Virus record (IMG/VR): IMGVR_UViG_3300046689_000961
Location: 575 to 64,574 of that record
DNA: 64,000 bases
Source: a virus
Taxonomy: Duplodnaviria; Caudoviricetes
Reading direction: 5' to 3' (one strand)
The translations under genes and the position numbers were made by a program. Positions 56,015 to 64,000 of this stretch are shown piece after piece (the first letter of the stretch is position 1; each line of letters starts with the position of its first letter). Under the pieces are notes generated by a model. It ran no database searches, was not told the origin of the DNA, and saw only the letters and a program-made list of their open reading frames with translations.

Positions 56015-56240
56015 GCAGGTCATCGTGTGCGACCACTGCGGGCTTGTCATGCCGTCATTCGAGGGGGCCGAGGGCGTCAAGTTTCAGGACAAGCCGTACG
56101 CCGGGATTAACAGCTTTCACCTCTGTGTGGGCTGTGCGAAGACCCTCACCGTCTGGGACGCCATCGAGACGGTGTGCATTCCCCTCGCCACGGCCGCCAA
56201 GGCCGCGCATCAGGCCGCGAAGGCCAGAAATGTCAGGTAG
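56004..56240 (+). CDS. Small zinc-finger protein
   Basis: VCDHCG...HLCVGC. Confidence 0.6.
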   Translation: MATKQVIVCDHCGLVMPSFEGAEGVKFQDKPYAGINSFHLCVGCAKTLTVWDAIETVCIPLATAAKAAHQAAKARNVR

Positions 56241-56242
56241 TC

Positions 56243-56563
56243 ATGGCTGAGATTCTCAAGATGGACGGCACGCCCGCGACCCCACCGGCCGCGCTCACCG
56301 TACGGGACGCCTTCGGGCGCGCACTCGCGGTCGGCGACGAGGTGATTCTCCGCAACGCGCTCGCCCCGTCGGCGGTCGTCCTCGAGATGACGCCCGTCCT
56401 GCACCCGCAGGCGCCGCCGAACCTCATCGCGGTCACGTTTCAGATCACGCTCCAGCTCCAGGTGTCGGGGCTCCGGCCGGTCGGCGAGTTCGTCCTGGCG
56501 CGGACCCAAGCCGAGCGCGAGGCGTACCTGGCCACGCAGGTACCGGTCGGCGGCCAGCCATGA
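56243..56563 (+). CDS. Hypothetical protein
   Basis: RDAFGRALAVGDEV SH3-like start. Confidence 0.55.
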   Translation: MAEILKMDGTPATPPAALTVRDAFGRALAVGDEVILRNALAPSAVVLEMTPVLHPQAPPNLIAVTFQITLQLQVSGLRPVGEFVLARTQAEREAYLATQVPVGGQP

Positions 56564-57957
56564 GCGAGACCCCCGACGCCCCGACGCCCGTCGCCCCGCC
56601 GCCCGACCTGGTCATCCCAGCCCCGCTCGAGGCAGGCACGAGCTTCCTCTGCGGCCCGGCCGGCACGGGGAAGACGTACCTCGCCAAGGCGATCGTCCGC
56701 CAGAAGCCGGGGACGCTCCTCTGTGCGACGACCGGCATCGCCAGTGTGAACCTGGGCGAAGGCACGACCGTGAACGCCGCGCTCGGCTACTACGACACGG
56801 CCAGCCTCATCGACAGCTACACGAGCGGTCGGCTCACCGGCCGGCTGGGCAAGCTCTGGCGCAGTGGCGTCCGCCGGCTGCTGATTGACGAGGTCAGCAT
56901 GATGGACGCCGAGCAGCTCACCATCATCACGCGTGCGATTGACGAACTCTCCGGCCGCGGCTACGTGCTCGACCACCAGCTGGCCGACGAGATTGACGAG
57001 GACTTCAAGACGACCGGCGAGGGCGACGTCGCGCGCCGGGCGGCGATTAAAGTCATCCTAGTCGGGGACTTCTGCCAGCTCCCGCCGGTGAAGGCCCCGT
57101 GGGCGTTCACCTCGGGCGAGTGGCCGCGGTTTGCGGCGAACCAGCACCTCCTCACCGAGGTGAAGCGTCAAGTCGACCCCGGGTTCATCGCCGCGATGGC
57201 GGCCGCCCGGAAGGGCGACAAGGACACGGTCGTCGACTACTTCCGCGACCGGCTCGTCGACACGCCCGACCACCACTACGAGGGCATGACGGTCGTCGCG
57301 ACCAATGACGCCGCCGACCGGCTGAACCAGCTGCGGCTCGACCGCGTCCCGCACCCGCTCATGTACTGGGAGTCGGCGACGTGGGGCAAGCCGCGCGGTG
57401 ACTGGAAGAACATTCCCACGCGCCTCGGGCTGAAGGTCGGCGCGCTCGTGATGATCCTGGCCAACCGCCGACTGGCGGTGGACGGCCTCCCGAGTTACCT
57501 CTGGCCGATCGACTACGCCAATGGCGACCTGGCGACGGTCGTCGCGATGGACCCGGAGAAAGCCCGCGTGACCGTGCGGCTGGACCGGGGCGCGCGCGAG
57601 GTCAGTGTCGACTGGGTGACCCGCCAGAACACCATCCCGATGGAACCCGGTCGGAAGACGGCCTTGCGCGCGGCCAACCAGGACCACCTCATCAGCGAAG
57701 ACGGCAAGTGGGAAACGATCGGCGAACTCACGTATCTCCCGCTGCGCCTCGCCTACGCGTCGACCGTGCACAAGGTGCAGGGGCTCTCGATGGACAAGGT
57801 GCAGGTGGCGACGCGCGAGGGGATGTTCAAACAGCCGGGGATGCTCTACGTGGCGCTCACGCGGGCGCGCACGCCCGAGGGGCTGCGCCTGGTCGGCAAC
57901 GTCGATGGGCTGCGCGAGCGCGTGACCGTGCACCCGGATCTGGGGGCCTGGCTATGA
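56560..57957 (+). CDS. Pif1/RecD-like SF1B helicase
   Basis: GPAGTGKT, ATTGIA, IDEVSM, GDFCQLPPV, LTEVKRQ, PLRLAYASTVHKVQGLS, YVALTRAR. Confidence 0.93.
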   Translation: MSETPDAPTPVAPPPDLVIPAPLEAGTSFLCGPAGTGKTYLAKAIVRQKPGTLLCATTGIASVNLGEGTTVNAALGYYDTASLIDSYTSGRLTGRLGKLWRSGVRRLLIDEVSMMDAEQLTIITRAIDELSGRGYVLDHQLADEIDEDFKTTGEGDVARRAAIKVILVGDFCQLPPVKAPWAFTSGEWPRFAANQHLLTEVKRQVDPGFIAAMAAARKGDKDTVVDYFRDRLVDTPDHHYEGMTVVATNDAADRLNQLRLDRVPHPLMYWESATWGKPRGDWKNIPTRLGLKVGALVMILANRRLAVDGLPSYLWPIDYANGDLATVVAMDPEKARVTVRLDRGAREVSVDWVTRQNTIPMEPGRKTALRAANQDHLISEDGKWETIGELTYLPLRLAYASTVHKVQGLSMDKVQVATREGMFKQPGMLYVALTRARTPEGLRLVGNVDGLRERVTVHPDLGAWL

Positions 57958-58280
57958 CACTCGGCGATTGGCTGCTCGTGGCGATTCTGCTCGTCCCAGT
58001 CGTGTTCGCGGCGCTTAGGCTCGACGCGCGGAGTCGCCCCGGCGGCGGGAAAACCGACGTGGTCGAACTGTGCGTTGACCTGGGCTGGGATAGCGAGGCG
58101 GTCTACACGCTCGCCCCGCCGATCGAGTGCCCGGCGTGCGCGACGCGGCTGCTCAAGGTCGACGTCGTGCGCTACCCGAACGAGGATTTGACGGTGAGCT
58201 GCCCGCATTGTGACGAGCGGCTGCCGGTTCAGCGCGTCGAGATTCATGGCGGGTTGACGTTTCTGGAGGTCGTCTCGTGA
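57954..58280 (+). CDS. Membrane-anchored zinc-ribbon protein
   Basis: N-terminal hydrophobic helix, ECPACA...SCPHCD. Confidence 0.5.
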   Translation: MTLGDWLLVAILLVPVVFAALRLDARSRPGGGKTDVVELCVDLGWDSEAVYTLAPPIECPACATRLLKVDVVRYPNEDLTVSCPHCDERLPVQRVEIHGGLTFLEVVS

Positions 58281-59377
58281 GCGGGCTGGCGAGGAAGCCG
58301 TACCGGATCCCGGTGAGCCGGCCGGCGTACTTCGGGAACGAGATTGACTACGTCATGGGCGCCGTCGCGCGTCGCGAACTCTCCATGGGCGACTACGTGG
58401 AGTCCTTCGAGTGGCGCTGCGCCCAGTACCTGCAGGTGAAGCACGCCATCGCGGTCAGTAGCGGCACGGCCGGCCTACACCTGGCGGCACTCGTCGCCGG
58501 GGGCGGCTGGGATTGCCTGCCGGCGCCGACGATTCTCACGACGCCGCTGACCTACGTCGCCAGCGCGAATGCGATCTGGTACTGCGGCGCATCCAAGCAC
58601 TTCGTCGACGTCGCCCCGGGAACGTGGCTCGCGACCGTCGCCGACGGCACGAACATGGGCGACGGCTTCCTCCCGGTCGACCTCTACGGGCTGCCGGGCC
58701 TCTGGCGCAGCGACGCCGCCGACTACGCCATCGTGTATGACGCCTGCGAAGCCTTCGGCGCGACGATCGACGGCCGGCCGCTGACGATGCGCGGCGGGAT
58801 CCACGTCTTCAGCTTCTACGGGAACAAGATCGTGACGACCGGTGAGGGCGGCCTCGTGACGACCGACGACGACGACGACGCGCGGTTGATTCGCCAGCTC
58901 CGCGGCCAAGGCCAGTCGCTCACCCAGCGGTACGTGCACCCGGTCGTTGGGTATAACTACCGCATGACGAACCTGCAGGCGGCGCTGGGCCTCGCGCAGG
59001 TCGAGACGATCGAGACGCACCTCGACCGCCGGCGCACGCGTGAGCACCAGTACTTCGACCGGCTGGGGGACACGCTCGCGACGCAGGTCGCCCCGGTCGG
59101 GGTGGAAGCCGCCCCGTGGGTCTTCGCCGGCCTCGTCCCGCCGCACGTCTCACGCGACGGGCTGATGGCCGCGCTCGACGCGCGCGGGATCGAGAGTCGG
59201 CCGGTCTTCCCGTGCCTGCACCGCGAGGGCGTCCATGCGACGCGCCAGCGGCTGCCGGTGGCCGAGGACATCAGCGCCCGTGGGATCGTGCTGCCGTTGT
59301 ACGCCGAGATGACCGAGGGCGAGTGTGACGAAGTGTGCGACGTCGTCCTCGGCTGGCTGGAGGAACAATCCCGATGA
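58277..59377 (+). CDS. DegT/DnrJ/EryC1/StrS PLP-dependent sugar aminotransferase (perosamine-synthase-like)
   Basis: AVSSGTAGLHLA, PVDLYG, DACEAFGA, FSFYGNKIVTTGEGG (PLP lysine), GYNYRMTNLQAALG. Confidence 0.93.
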   Translation: MSGLARKPYRIPVSRPAYFGNEIDYVMGAVARRELSMGDYVESFEWRCAQYLQVKHAIAVSSGTAGLHLAALVAGGGWDCLPAPTILTTPLTYVASANAIWYCGASKHFVDVAPGTWLATVADGTNMGDGFLPVDLYGLPGLWRSDAADYAIVYDACEAFGATIDGRPLTMRGGIHVFSFYGNKIVTTGEGGLVTTDDDDDARLIRQLRGQGQSLTQRYVHPVVGYNYRMTNLQAALGLAQVETIETHLDRRRTREHQYFDRLGDTLATQVAPVGVEAAPWVFAGLVPPHVSRDGLMAALDARGIESRPVFPCLHREGVHATRQRLPVAEDISARGIVLPLYAEMTEGECDEVCDVVLGWLEEQSR

Positions 59378-60216
59378 CCCCCATGAAAGAAGGCCGTGTC
59401 GAGCGGCTCGACGACTCGACCGATGCCGTCTATCTCTACGGGACCGAGCACGGCCGGGCGCCGGGCTGGTACCTGCGCGAACGCCGTGCGGGAGGCATCG
59501 GGCGGTTTGTCGCCGGGCCGTTTGAGACGGTCGCGACGGCCGCGACGGGATACGCCGCGTTTCAGCACGCGATGACGCTGCGCGCCTTCCCGGAGCTGCC
59601 GGCGCTCACGATTCACGCCGCCGACAGTCAGCCGGTCGCCGCCCCCGTCGACTGGCGCGCGCTCGCCGCGGCGTACATGGCCATCCGGCACGTCGAGGCG
59701 ACCCAGGACCACGACTACTATTTCGCCGGGACCGCCGCCGGGCCCGCGCACGTCGATACCGGCGGCGCGCAGCTGTTCGTCGTGAACCCGGCGGCGCTCG
59801 TCGTGGCGAAGGCCACGCCCCGGATCGACGACTTCGTGAAGCTCGAGGCCGGCCTGGGCATGGTGCTCGGCCCGCGCGTCCACGTCGCCAGCTTCTGCCA
59901 CCTCGGGATCGGCGGCGGCATCACCATTCTCGAGGAAGGCGCGTCGACCGGCTCAGGCGCGAAGATCGTGTCGGGCTCGGCCGTCCCCTCTGAGGTCGGC
60001 TGCTCGGCCGTCCAGCCCGGCGTCGTGAACGTGCGGAGCTTCGCCTGGATGAAGCCGTTCTCGACGCTGTACGCCGGCGCGATCCTGCTTCCCGGGTGCG
60101 TGCTGGGCGCGCGGAGCGTGCTCGCGGCCGGGAGTGTGCTGAAGGCCGGGACCGTGACGGGTGAGGACGAACTCTGGGCCGGCGTGCCGGCCGTGCTGAA
60201 GCGGCGGGGGCGATGA
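59374..60216 (+). CDS. Hexapeptide-repeat (left-handed beta-helix) acyltransferase with extra N-terminal domain
   Basis: RIDDFVK, LGPRVHVASF, AGAILLPGCVLGARSVLAAGSV, WAGVPA. Confidence 0.8.
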   Translation: MTPMKEGRVERLDDSTDAVYLYGTEHGRAPGWYLRERRAGGIGRFVAGPFETVATAATGYAAFQHAMTLRAFPELPALTIHAADSQPVAAPVDWRALAAAYMAIRHVEATQDHDYYFAGTAAGPAHVDTGGAQLFVVNPAALVVAKATPRIDDFVKLEAGLGMVLGPRVHVASFCHLGIGGGITILEEGASTGSGAKIVSGSAVPSEVGCSAVQPGVVNVRSFAWMKPFSTLYAGAILLPGCVLGARSVLAAGSVLKAGTVTGEDELWAGVPAVLKRRGR

Positions 60217-60362
60217 GGGCGTTCCTCGCGGCCTGGTGGACGCTCTGGCGCCTCCACCCCGTGGAGGCGGCGCTGGGGATGGTCGTCGGGTACAGCCTGG
60301 CCGAAGGCGTGAAATGGGGCTGGCGTCGGTGGAGACGCCACCGCCCACGGAGGCGACGATGA
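60213..60362 (+). CDS. 49-aa membrane microprotein
   Basis: Hand translation MRAFLAAWWTLWRLHPVEAALGMVVGYSLAEGVKWGWRRWRRHRPRRRR; ATGA overlaps at both ends. Confidence 0.5.
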   Translation: MRAFLAAWWTLWRLHPVEAALGMVVGYSLAEGVKWGWRRWRRHRPRRRR

Positions 60363-60676
60363 GTGACGACCAGCGATGGGCCGACGGCCTGATGCCAGAC
60401 GAACCGCTGTGGGTGCGCGACCTCGTGACGGAGGAAGTCGCACGCCTTTGGGAACTCGTGACGACGCGCGATGCGATGCTGGCGGAGCGGGACGCGACGA
60501 TCGCGCGGCTGCAGGAGAACGCGCGTGAGATGCGCGATGCCCTCAGCGACTACGCCACGCCCGGTGAAGGCTGGCGCGACACGTGGCACGCGGACGTCTT
60601 CGAGCGGTCACGACGACTCGCGCCTGACGCAACTGCTCTGACGCCCGCGAAGGAGGCCGACCGTGAAGGAGTTTGA
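60359..60676 (+). CDS. Hypothetical coiled-coil protein
   Basis: MSDDQRW..., RBS GGAGG. Confidence 0.55.
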   Translation: MSDDQRWADGLMPDEPLWVRDLVTEEVARLWELVTTRDAMLAERDATIARLQENAREMRDALSDYATPGEGWRDTWHADVFERSRRLAPDATALTPAKEADREGV

Positions 60677-60900
60677 CGTGCGGGCCTGTCCGACCTGCGG
60701 CGGCGACGGTCGCACGCGGCTGGTGAATCCGGACTGGCTGAGGATGAAGCGGAACGGCGCCGGGCTGACCTTGCGCGACGTGGCGAAGCGACTGCACATC
60801 AGCGCGGTCTACGTCTGCGACATCGAACTCGGCCGACGTGCCGTGCCCGCGCGCCTGCATGACCTGTATCGCACGTTCACCGCGAAGGAGGCCGACCGTG
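60645..60900 (+). repeat. 21-bp direct repeat flanking the HTH gene
   Basis: CCGCGAAGGAGGCCGACCGTG at 60645-60665 and 60880-60900. Confidence 0.9.
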
Positions 60901-60905
60901 GCTAA
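60663..60905 (+). CDS. XRE-family HTH protein with CxxCxG motif
   Basis: LRMKRNGAGLTLRDVAKRLHISAVYVCDIELGRR. Confidence 0.8.
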   Translation: MKEFDVRACPTCGGDGRTRLVNPDWLRMKRNGAGLTLRDVAKRLHISAVYVCDIELGRRAVPARLHDLYRTFTAKEADRG

Positions 60906-61167
60906 GCCCGACGCGCAGACGGACACGCGCTACTCGGCGGAGGAACTGCGGCAGGTGGCCGAGTGGCCTGCCGTCACCACAGGACTGCCAAAGGTCGTCG
61001 CCATGCTCCGCCAAGCCGCCCGAGACGCCGAGACGCTGGCGGGGATTCGGGCGTGGCTGGAGAAACAACAGCACGGCGGCGTGTCTGGCGAATACAGCGA
61101 AGGCTTGGTGTTCTCAGCCAAAGAGGGCCTGCGCGAACTCAACCGGCTCTCCCGAGGTGACGCATGA
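60898..61167 (+). CDS. Hypothetical protein
   Basis: GTG start after AAGGAGG. Confidence 0.55.
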   Translation: MAKPDAQTDTRYSAEELRQVAEWPAVTTGLPKVVAMLRQAARDAETLAGIRAWLEKQQHGGVSGEYSEGLVFSAKEGLRELNRLSRGDA

Positions 61168-61514
61168 CTGACTGGGCGAAACAGCTCACCGACCACGATT
61201 GGCCGAAGACTGACCGGACGCTCTCGGCGGCGGAGTTGGAGGCGCTGATGCCAGACGACTTGACCCTTATCGCGGAACTGCTCCGGCGAGATGCTGCCGG
61301 GGCCGCGGGCGTCTACATGAGTCCGAGCGACGTGCGCCACGAAGCGGCGCGGTTGCTTGACATGCTCGCCGCGGTCCTGCCAATGGCCCGACGCACCGAG
61401 GCCGCCGAGCGGAAGCTGGCCCGCGTTGAAACGCTGATCGCCGGGATTCCCGCCGACGACCCTTACAGCGCCGTGTGCGGCACCGACATCCGCCGTGCCC
61501 TCGCCGAGGACTGA
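61164..61514 (+). CDS. Hypothetical protein
   Basis: ATGA coupling, helical. Confidence 0.55.
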   Translation: MTDWAKQLTDHDWPKTDRTLSAAELEALMPDDLTLIAELLRRDAAGAAGVYMSPSDVRHEAARLLDMLAAVLPMARRTEAAERKLARVETLIAGIPADDPYSAVCGTDIRRALAED

Positions 61515-61527
61515 GGAGACCCTCCCC

Positions 61528-62283
61528 ATGACGCTCACCCTCTGTACGATGGTCCGCGACGCCGCCAGCCGCGGTACGCTCGCCCGCTTCCACCGGCAGG
61601 TGGGGACCCTTGAACGCCGCCTGCACGCCCCGCTCACCGTCGTCATTGCCGAGGGCGACTCGCGGGACCACACGCGCCTCGCCCTCGTGCAGGAAGCTGA
61701 GCGTGCGAAAGCCTGGCATCGACGCACGCTCGTCATGGACGTCTCGCATGGCGGCCCGTTCTGGGGGTCGACCGAGGAACCGGCGCGACTCGCCGGCCTC
61801 TCGACGATTTTCAACCGCGTGCTCGACGTCGCGACCGAGACGAAGGCGGACGTCGTCGTGTGGGTCGAGAGTGACCTGCACTGGACGGCCGACACGATCT
61901 TGCGGCTCGCGTCGCACGTCGACCAGAAGCTCGTCGCCCTCGTCGCGCCGATGACGCACGCGGGCGTCGCGTACTACGATACGTGGGGCTGTCGGCTGCT
62001 TGACGGCCGCCGGATTGATAGCGTGCCGCCGCACCTGCCGGCCGACTATCTGGCCGCGCACGGGGTCGGCGCCCTCGTCGAGATGGCGAGCGTCGGCTCG
62101 GTCGTCGCGATGAGTCGCCCGGTCGCCCGTGACGTGCGCATCAGCGGCGGCGGCGCGATTGTGGAATGGTGCGCGGTGGCGCGGGGGATCGGCCACCGCG
62201 TGTGGCTCGACACCGGGGCGCGCGTCGAGCACCCGCACGACGGATTCATGGGCCTCCCCGAGGCCGAAGGAGCGACGGCATGA
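61528..62283 (+). CDS. GT-A fold (GT2/Anp1-like) glycosyltransferase
   Basis: TMVRD, IAEGDSRDHT, VVWVESD (DxD-like), YYDTW, SVGS, VWLD..ARVEHP. Confidence 0.75.
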   Translation: MTLTLCTMVRDAASRGTLARFHRQVGTLERRLHAPLTVVIAEGDSRDHTRLALVQEAERAKAWHRRTLVMDVSHGGPFWGSTEEPARLAGLSTIFNRVLDVATETKADVVVWVESDLHWTADTILRLASHVDQKLVALVAPMTHAGVAYYDTWGCRLLDGRRIDSVPPHLPADYLAAHGVGALVEMASVGSVVAMSRPVARDVRISGGGAIVEWCAVARGIGHRVWLDTGARVEHPHDGFMGLPEAEGATA

Positions 62284-62480
62284 GTACCCCGCACACATTC
62301 AAAGTCGGCGACCGCGTGACCTACACGCCCGCCTGGGAGTCGGCCACGCGCCGCGACGCGGTCGGCACCGTCGTCGCGGTGCTCGACAAGGGCCGCGTCC
62401 AAGTGGAATGGGATCCGCTGCCGCCCGAGACGTTGATCAAGACGTACGCGGCGACGCAGCTCACGCGAGTCGAGCCATGA
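62280..62480 (+). CDS. Small SH3-like protein
   Basis: FKVGDRV...GTVVAV...VQVEWD. Confidence 0.6.
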   Translation: MSTPHTFKVGDRVTYTPAWESATRRDAVGTVVAVLDKGRVQVEWDPLPPETLIKTYAATQLTRVEP

Positions 62481-62632
62481 GCGTCGGGGGGCTGCTCGCC
62501 TCGTTTCTCTTCGCCGGCCTGACCGGGCTGGCCGTCCATTACGCCGCCTATGGCGCGGCGGTGACGCTCGCGCTGTTCGTCTTCGTCATCGGGATGGCCG
62601 AACTCATGGACGTTCTCGGAGACGCACGATGA
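62477..62632 (+). CDS. Small two-helix membrane protein
   Basis: MSVGGLLASFLFAGL...LALFVFVIGM; ATGA overlaps. Confidence 0.55.
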   Translation: MSVGGLLASFLFAGLTGLAVHYAAYGAAVTLALFVFVIGMAELMDVLGDAR

Positions 62633-63549
62633 AGGTCTGCGTCGCCCCGATCCCCGCCACCCTCTCGCTCTCCATGCACCGGCTCGGCCGGGCACTGGCC
62701 GACCACGCCCCGGCCGGCGTGACGATCGTCCCGACCTGGGAGGCGGCGGATCTCTCGCTGCTGCACCTCATCGGCATCGAGGACGTCGAGACGGTGATGA
62801 CCGGCATCTTCAGCCGCGGCGGGCACGTCGCCCTCTGGCAGCACTGCTACCGCACCGCCCGCGGGACGCCGCTCGATTGGACCGCCCTCTGGTCGCAGGC
62901 CTCGCTCGTCAGTAGCTGCTACGACCTGGCGTGGATGCTCGACGTCGAAGGCATCGACCGCGCCGGCATCGACTTTCACTTGACGCCGCTCGGCGTCGAC
63001 ACGACGGTCTTCCGCCCGTGCGGGTGCGCGCGGCACTTCTCGATTGCGACGAGCGGCTACGTCGCCGACCAGGAGTGCCTGAACGAGGTCGCGCAGGCGG
63101 TCTTCGCCACCCCGCACGCGCTGCCGCAGTTTCACCTCGGGCCGGCCAGTGCCATCACCGTGGCGACGCCGCCCGGCCGGGTCATCATCGCCCAGTCCGG
63201 CATGGACGACACGGAACTGGCCAAGCGGTTCAGTCGCGCCCAGTACGTGAGCGGGTTGCGCCGCAGCGAAGGGTTCGAGCTGCCGGCGTTTGAGGGGTTG
63301 GCCTGTGGCGCCCGGCCGATCATGTTCAACCGGCCGGATGCGCGCATGTGGATGGGTGAGCACGCGCTGTACCTCGAGGAGGGCAGCGCGGCCGACGTCC
63401 AAGCGCAGCTCGAGGCGATCCTCCTCACGCATCCGTACCGGGCCGTCTCGAGTGAGGAACGTGCCTGGGTCCGCGACACGTTTGACTGGGCGACGATCGC
63501 CGCCGGCTGGTGGCGACGCGTGCTCGCCGCGACAGGAGCCTCCCGATGA
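62629..63549 (+). CDS. GT-B (GT4-like) glycosyltransferase
   Basis: TPLGVDTTVF, SGLRRSEGFELPAFEGLACGARP, FDWATIAAGWW. Confidence 0.85.
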   Translation: MKVCVAPIPATLSLSMHRLGRALADHAPAGVTIVPTWEAADLSLLHLIGIEDVETVMTGIFSRGGHVALWQHCYRTARGTPLDWTALWSQASLVSSCYDLAWMLDVEGIDRAGIDFHLTPLGVDTTVFRPCGCARHFSIATSGYVADQECLNEVAQAVFATPHALPQFHLGPASAITVATPPGRVIIAQSGMDDTELAKRFSRAQYVSGLRRSEGFELPAFEGLACGARPIMFNRPDARMWMGEHALYLEEGSAADVQAQLEAILLTHPYRAVSSEERAWVRDTFDWATIAAGWWRRVLAATGASR

Positions 63550-63749
63550 CGGTGGCGCGCGCGGCCTGGATCCGCTGTGATAACTGCGGCGACTTTTGGT
63601 GCACGATTCACGAGGCCCACGTGGCCGACTGCCGCTGCCCGGGGATCGACACGTGGGCGCGCTGGAATCTGGACCCCTACGCCCCCGGGTCGGCGGCCGC
63701 CGGCCGGAAACGCTTGACGCCACGCACGTCCCCCAAGAGGCCCCGCTAA
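63546..63749 (+). CDS. Small Cys/His-rich protein
   Basis: WIRCDNCGDFWCTIHEAHVADCRCP. Confidence 0.6.
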   Translation: MTVARAAWIRCDNCGDFWCTIHEAHVADCRCPGIDTWARWNLDPYAPGSAAAGRKRLTPRTSPKRPR

Positions 63750-63970
63750 TGCCGACGATCACGACCGCCTACGCCGCCGTCTCCTACGACGACTTCTACG
63801 AGGAACGCTGGGCCTACACCCGGACGCAGCTCCGCGCCCGCGCGCGCACCGCCTGGCGACGCCGGCCGCAGGAAGCGGTCGTCCTGATGGGGTCCGACGA
63901 CTACACGCGCTGGCAGGCCGGCGCGTTCTTCCCGCATCGCGTCCCGGCCGGCCGTGCCCAGACCGCCTAA
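63749..63970 (+). CDS. Hypothetical protein
   Basis: TAATG coupling. Confidence 0.45.
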   Translation: MPTITTAYAAVSYDDFYEERWAYTRTQLRARARTAWRRRPQEAVVLMGSDDYTRWQAGAFFPHRVPAGRAQTA

Positions 63971-64000
63971 GTCGCGTCGCGCCTTCACGCCGAAGCTCAT

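Noticed and set aside
54809-63549. Host O-antigen or capsule locus
   Set aside because: No flippase, polymerase or nucleotide-sugar synthesis genes; the enzymes are translationally coupled to phage genes.
1-64000. Prophage, integrase, tRNA or phage RNA polymerase
   Set aside because: No recombinase motifs, att-flanked host genes, tRNA cloverleafs or RNAP motifs were recognised; they could lie outside the window.

Overview
The window is a large part of a high-GC (visually about 70%) tailed-phage genome with podovirus-like organisation. No host housekeeping genes, rRNA, tRNA, CRISPR array or integrase are recognisable. From left to right: (1) the end of a family-A DNA polymerase whose open frame runs off the left edge and carries a uracil-DNA-glycosylase-type motif; (2) a minus-strand virion block (about 2.7-42 kb) with ejection proteins, GNAT, tail tube/adaptor proteins, fibres and LamG proteins, an HNH endonuclease, major capsid, scaffold, five tiny basic proteins, portal, a terminase large subunit split into two genes, and lysis-like membrane genes; (3) a hairpin-rich non-coding stretch and small early genes with sigma70-like promoters (42-48 kb); (4) an iteron-like AT-rich region next to a RepA-type AAA helicase; (5) a plus-strand replication/recombination block (PD-(D/E)XK nuclease, AAA_24/Sak4-like ATPase, SSB-like protein, Pif1/RecD helicase) interleaved with three glycosyltransferases, a DegT-family sugar aminotransferase and a hexapeptide acetyltransferase. 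The best candidate for a new system is this amino-sugar glycosylation pathway, which may hypermodify DNA or glycosylate the virion, together with the atypical UDG-PolA (His at the F762 position). All product calls come from motif recognition by eye, without database searches.
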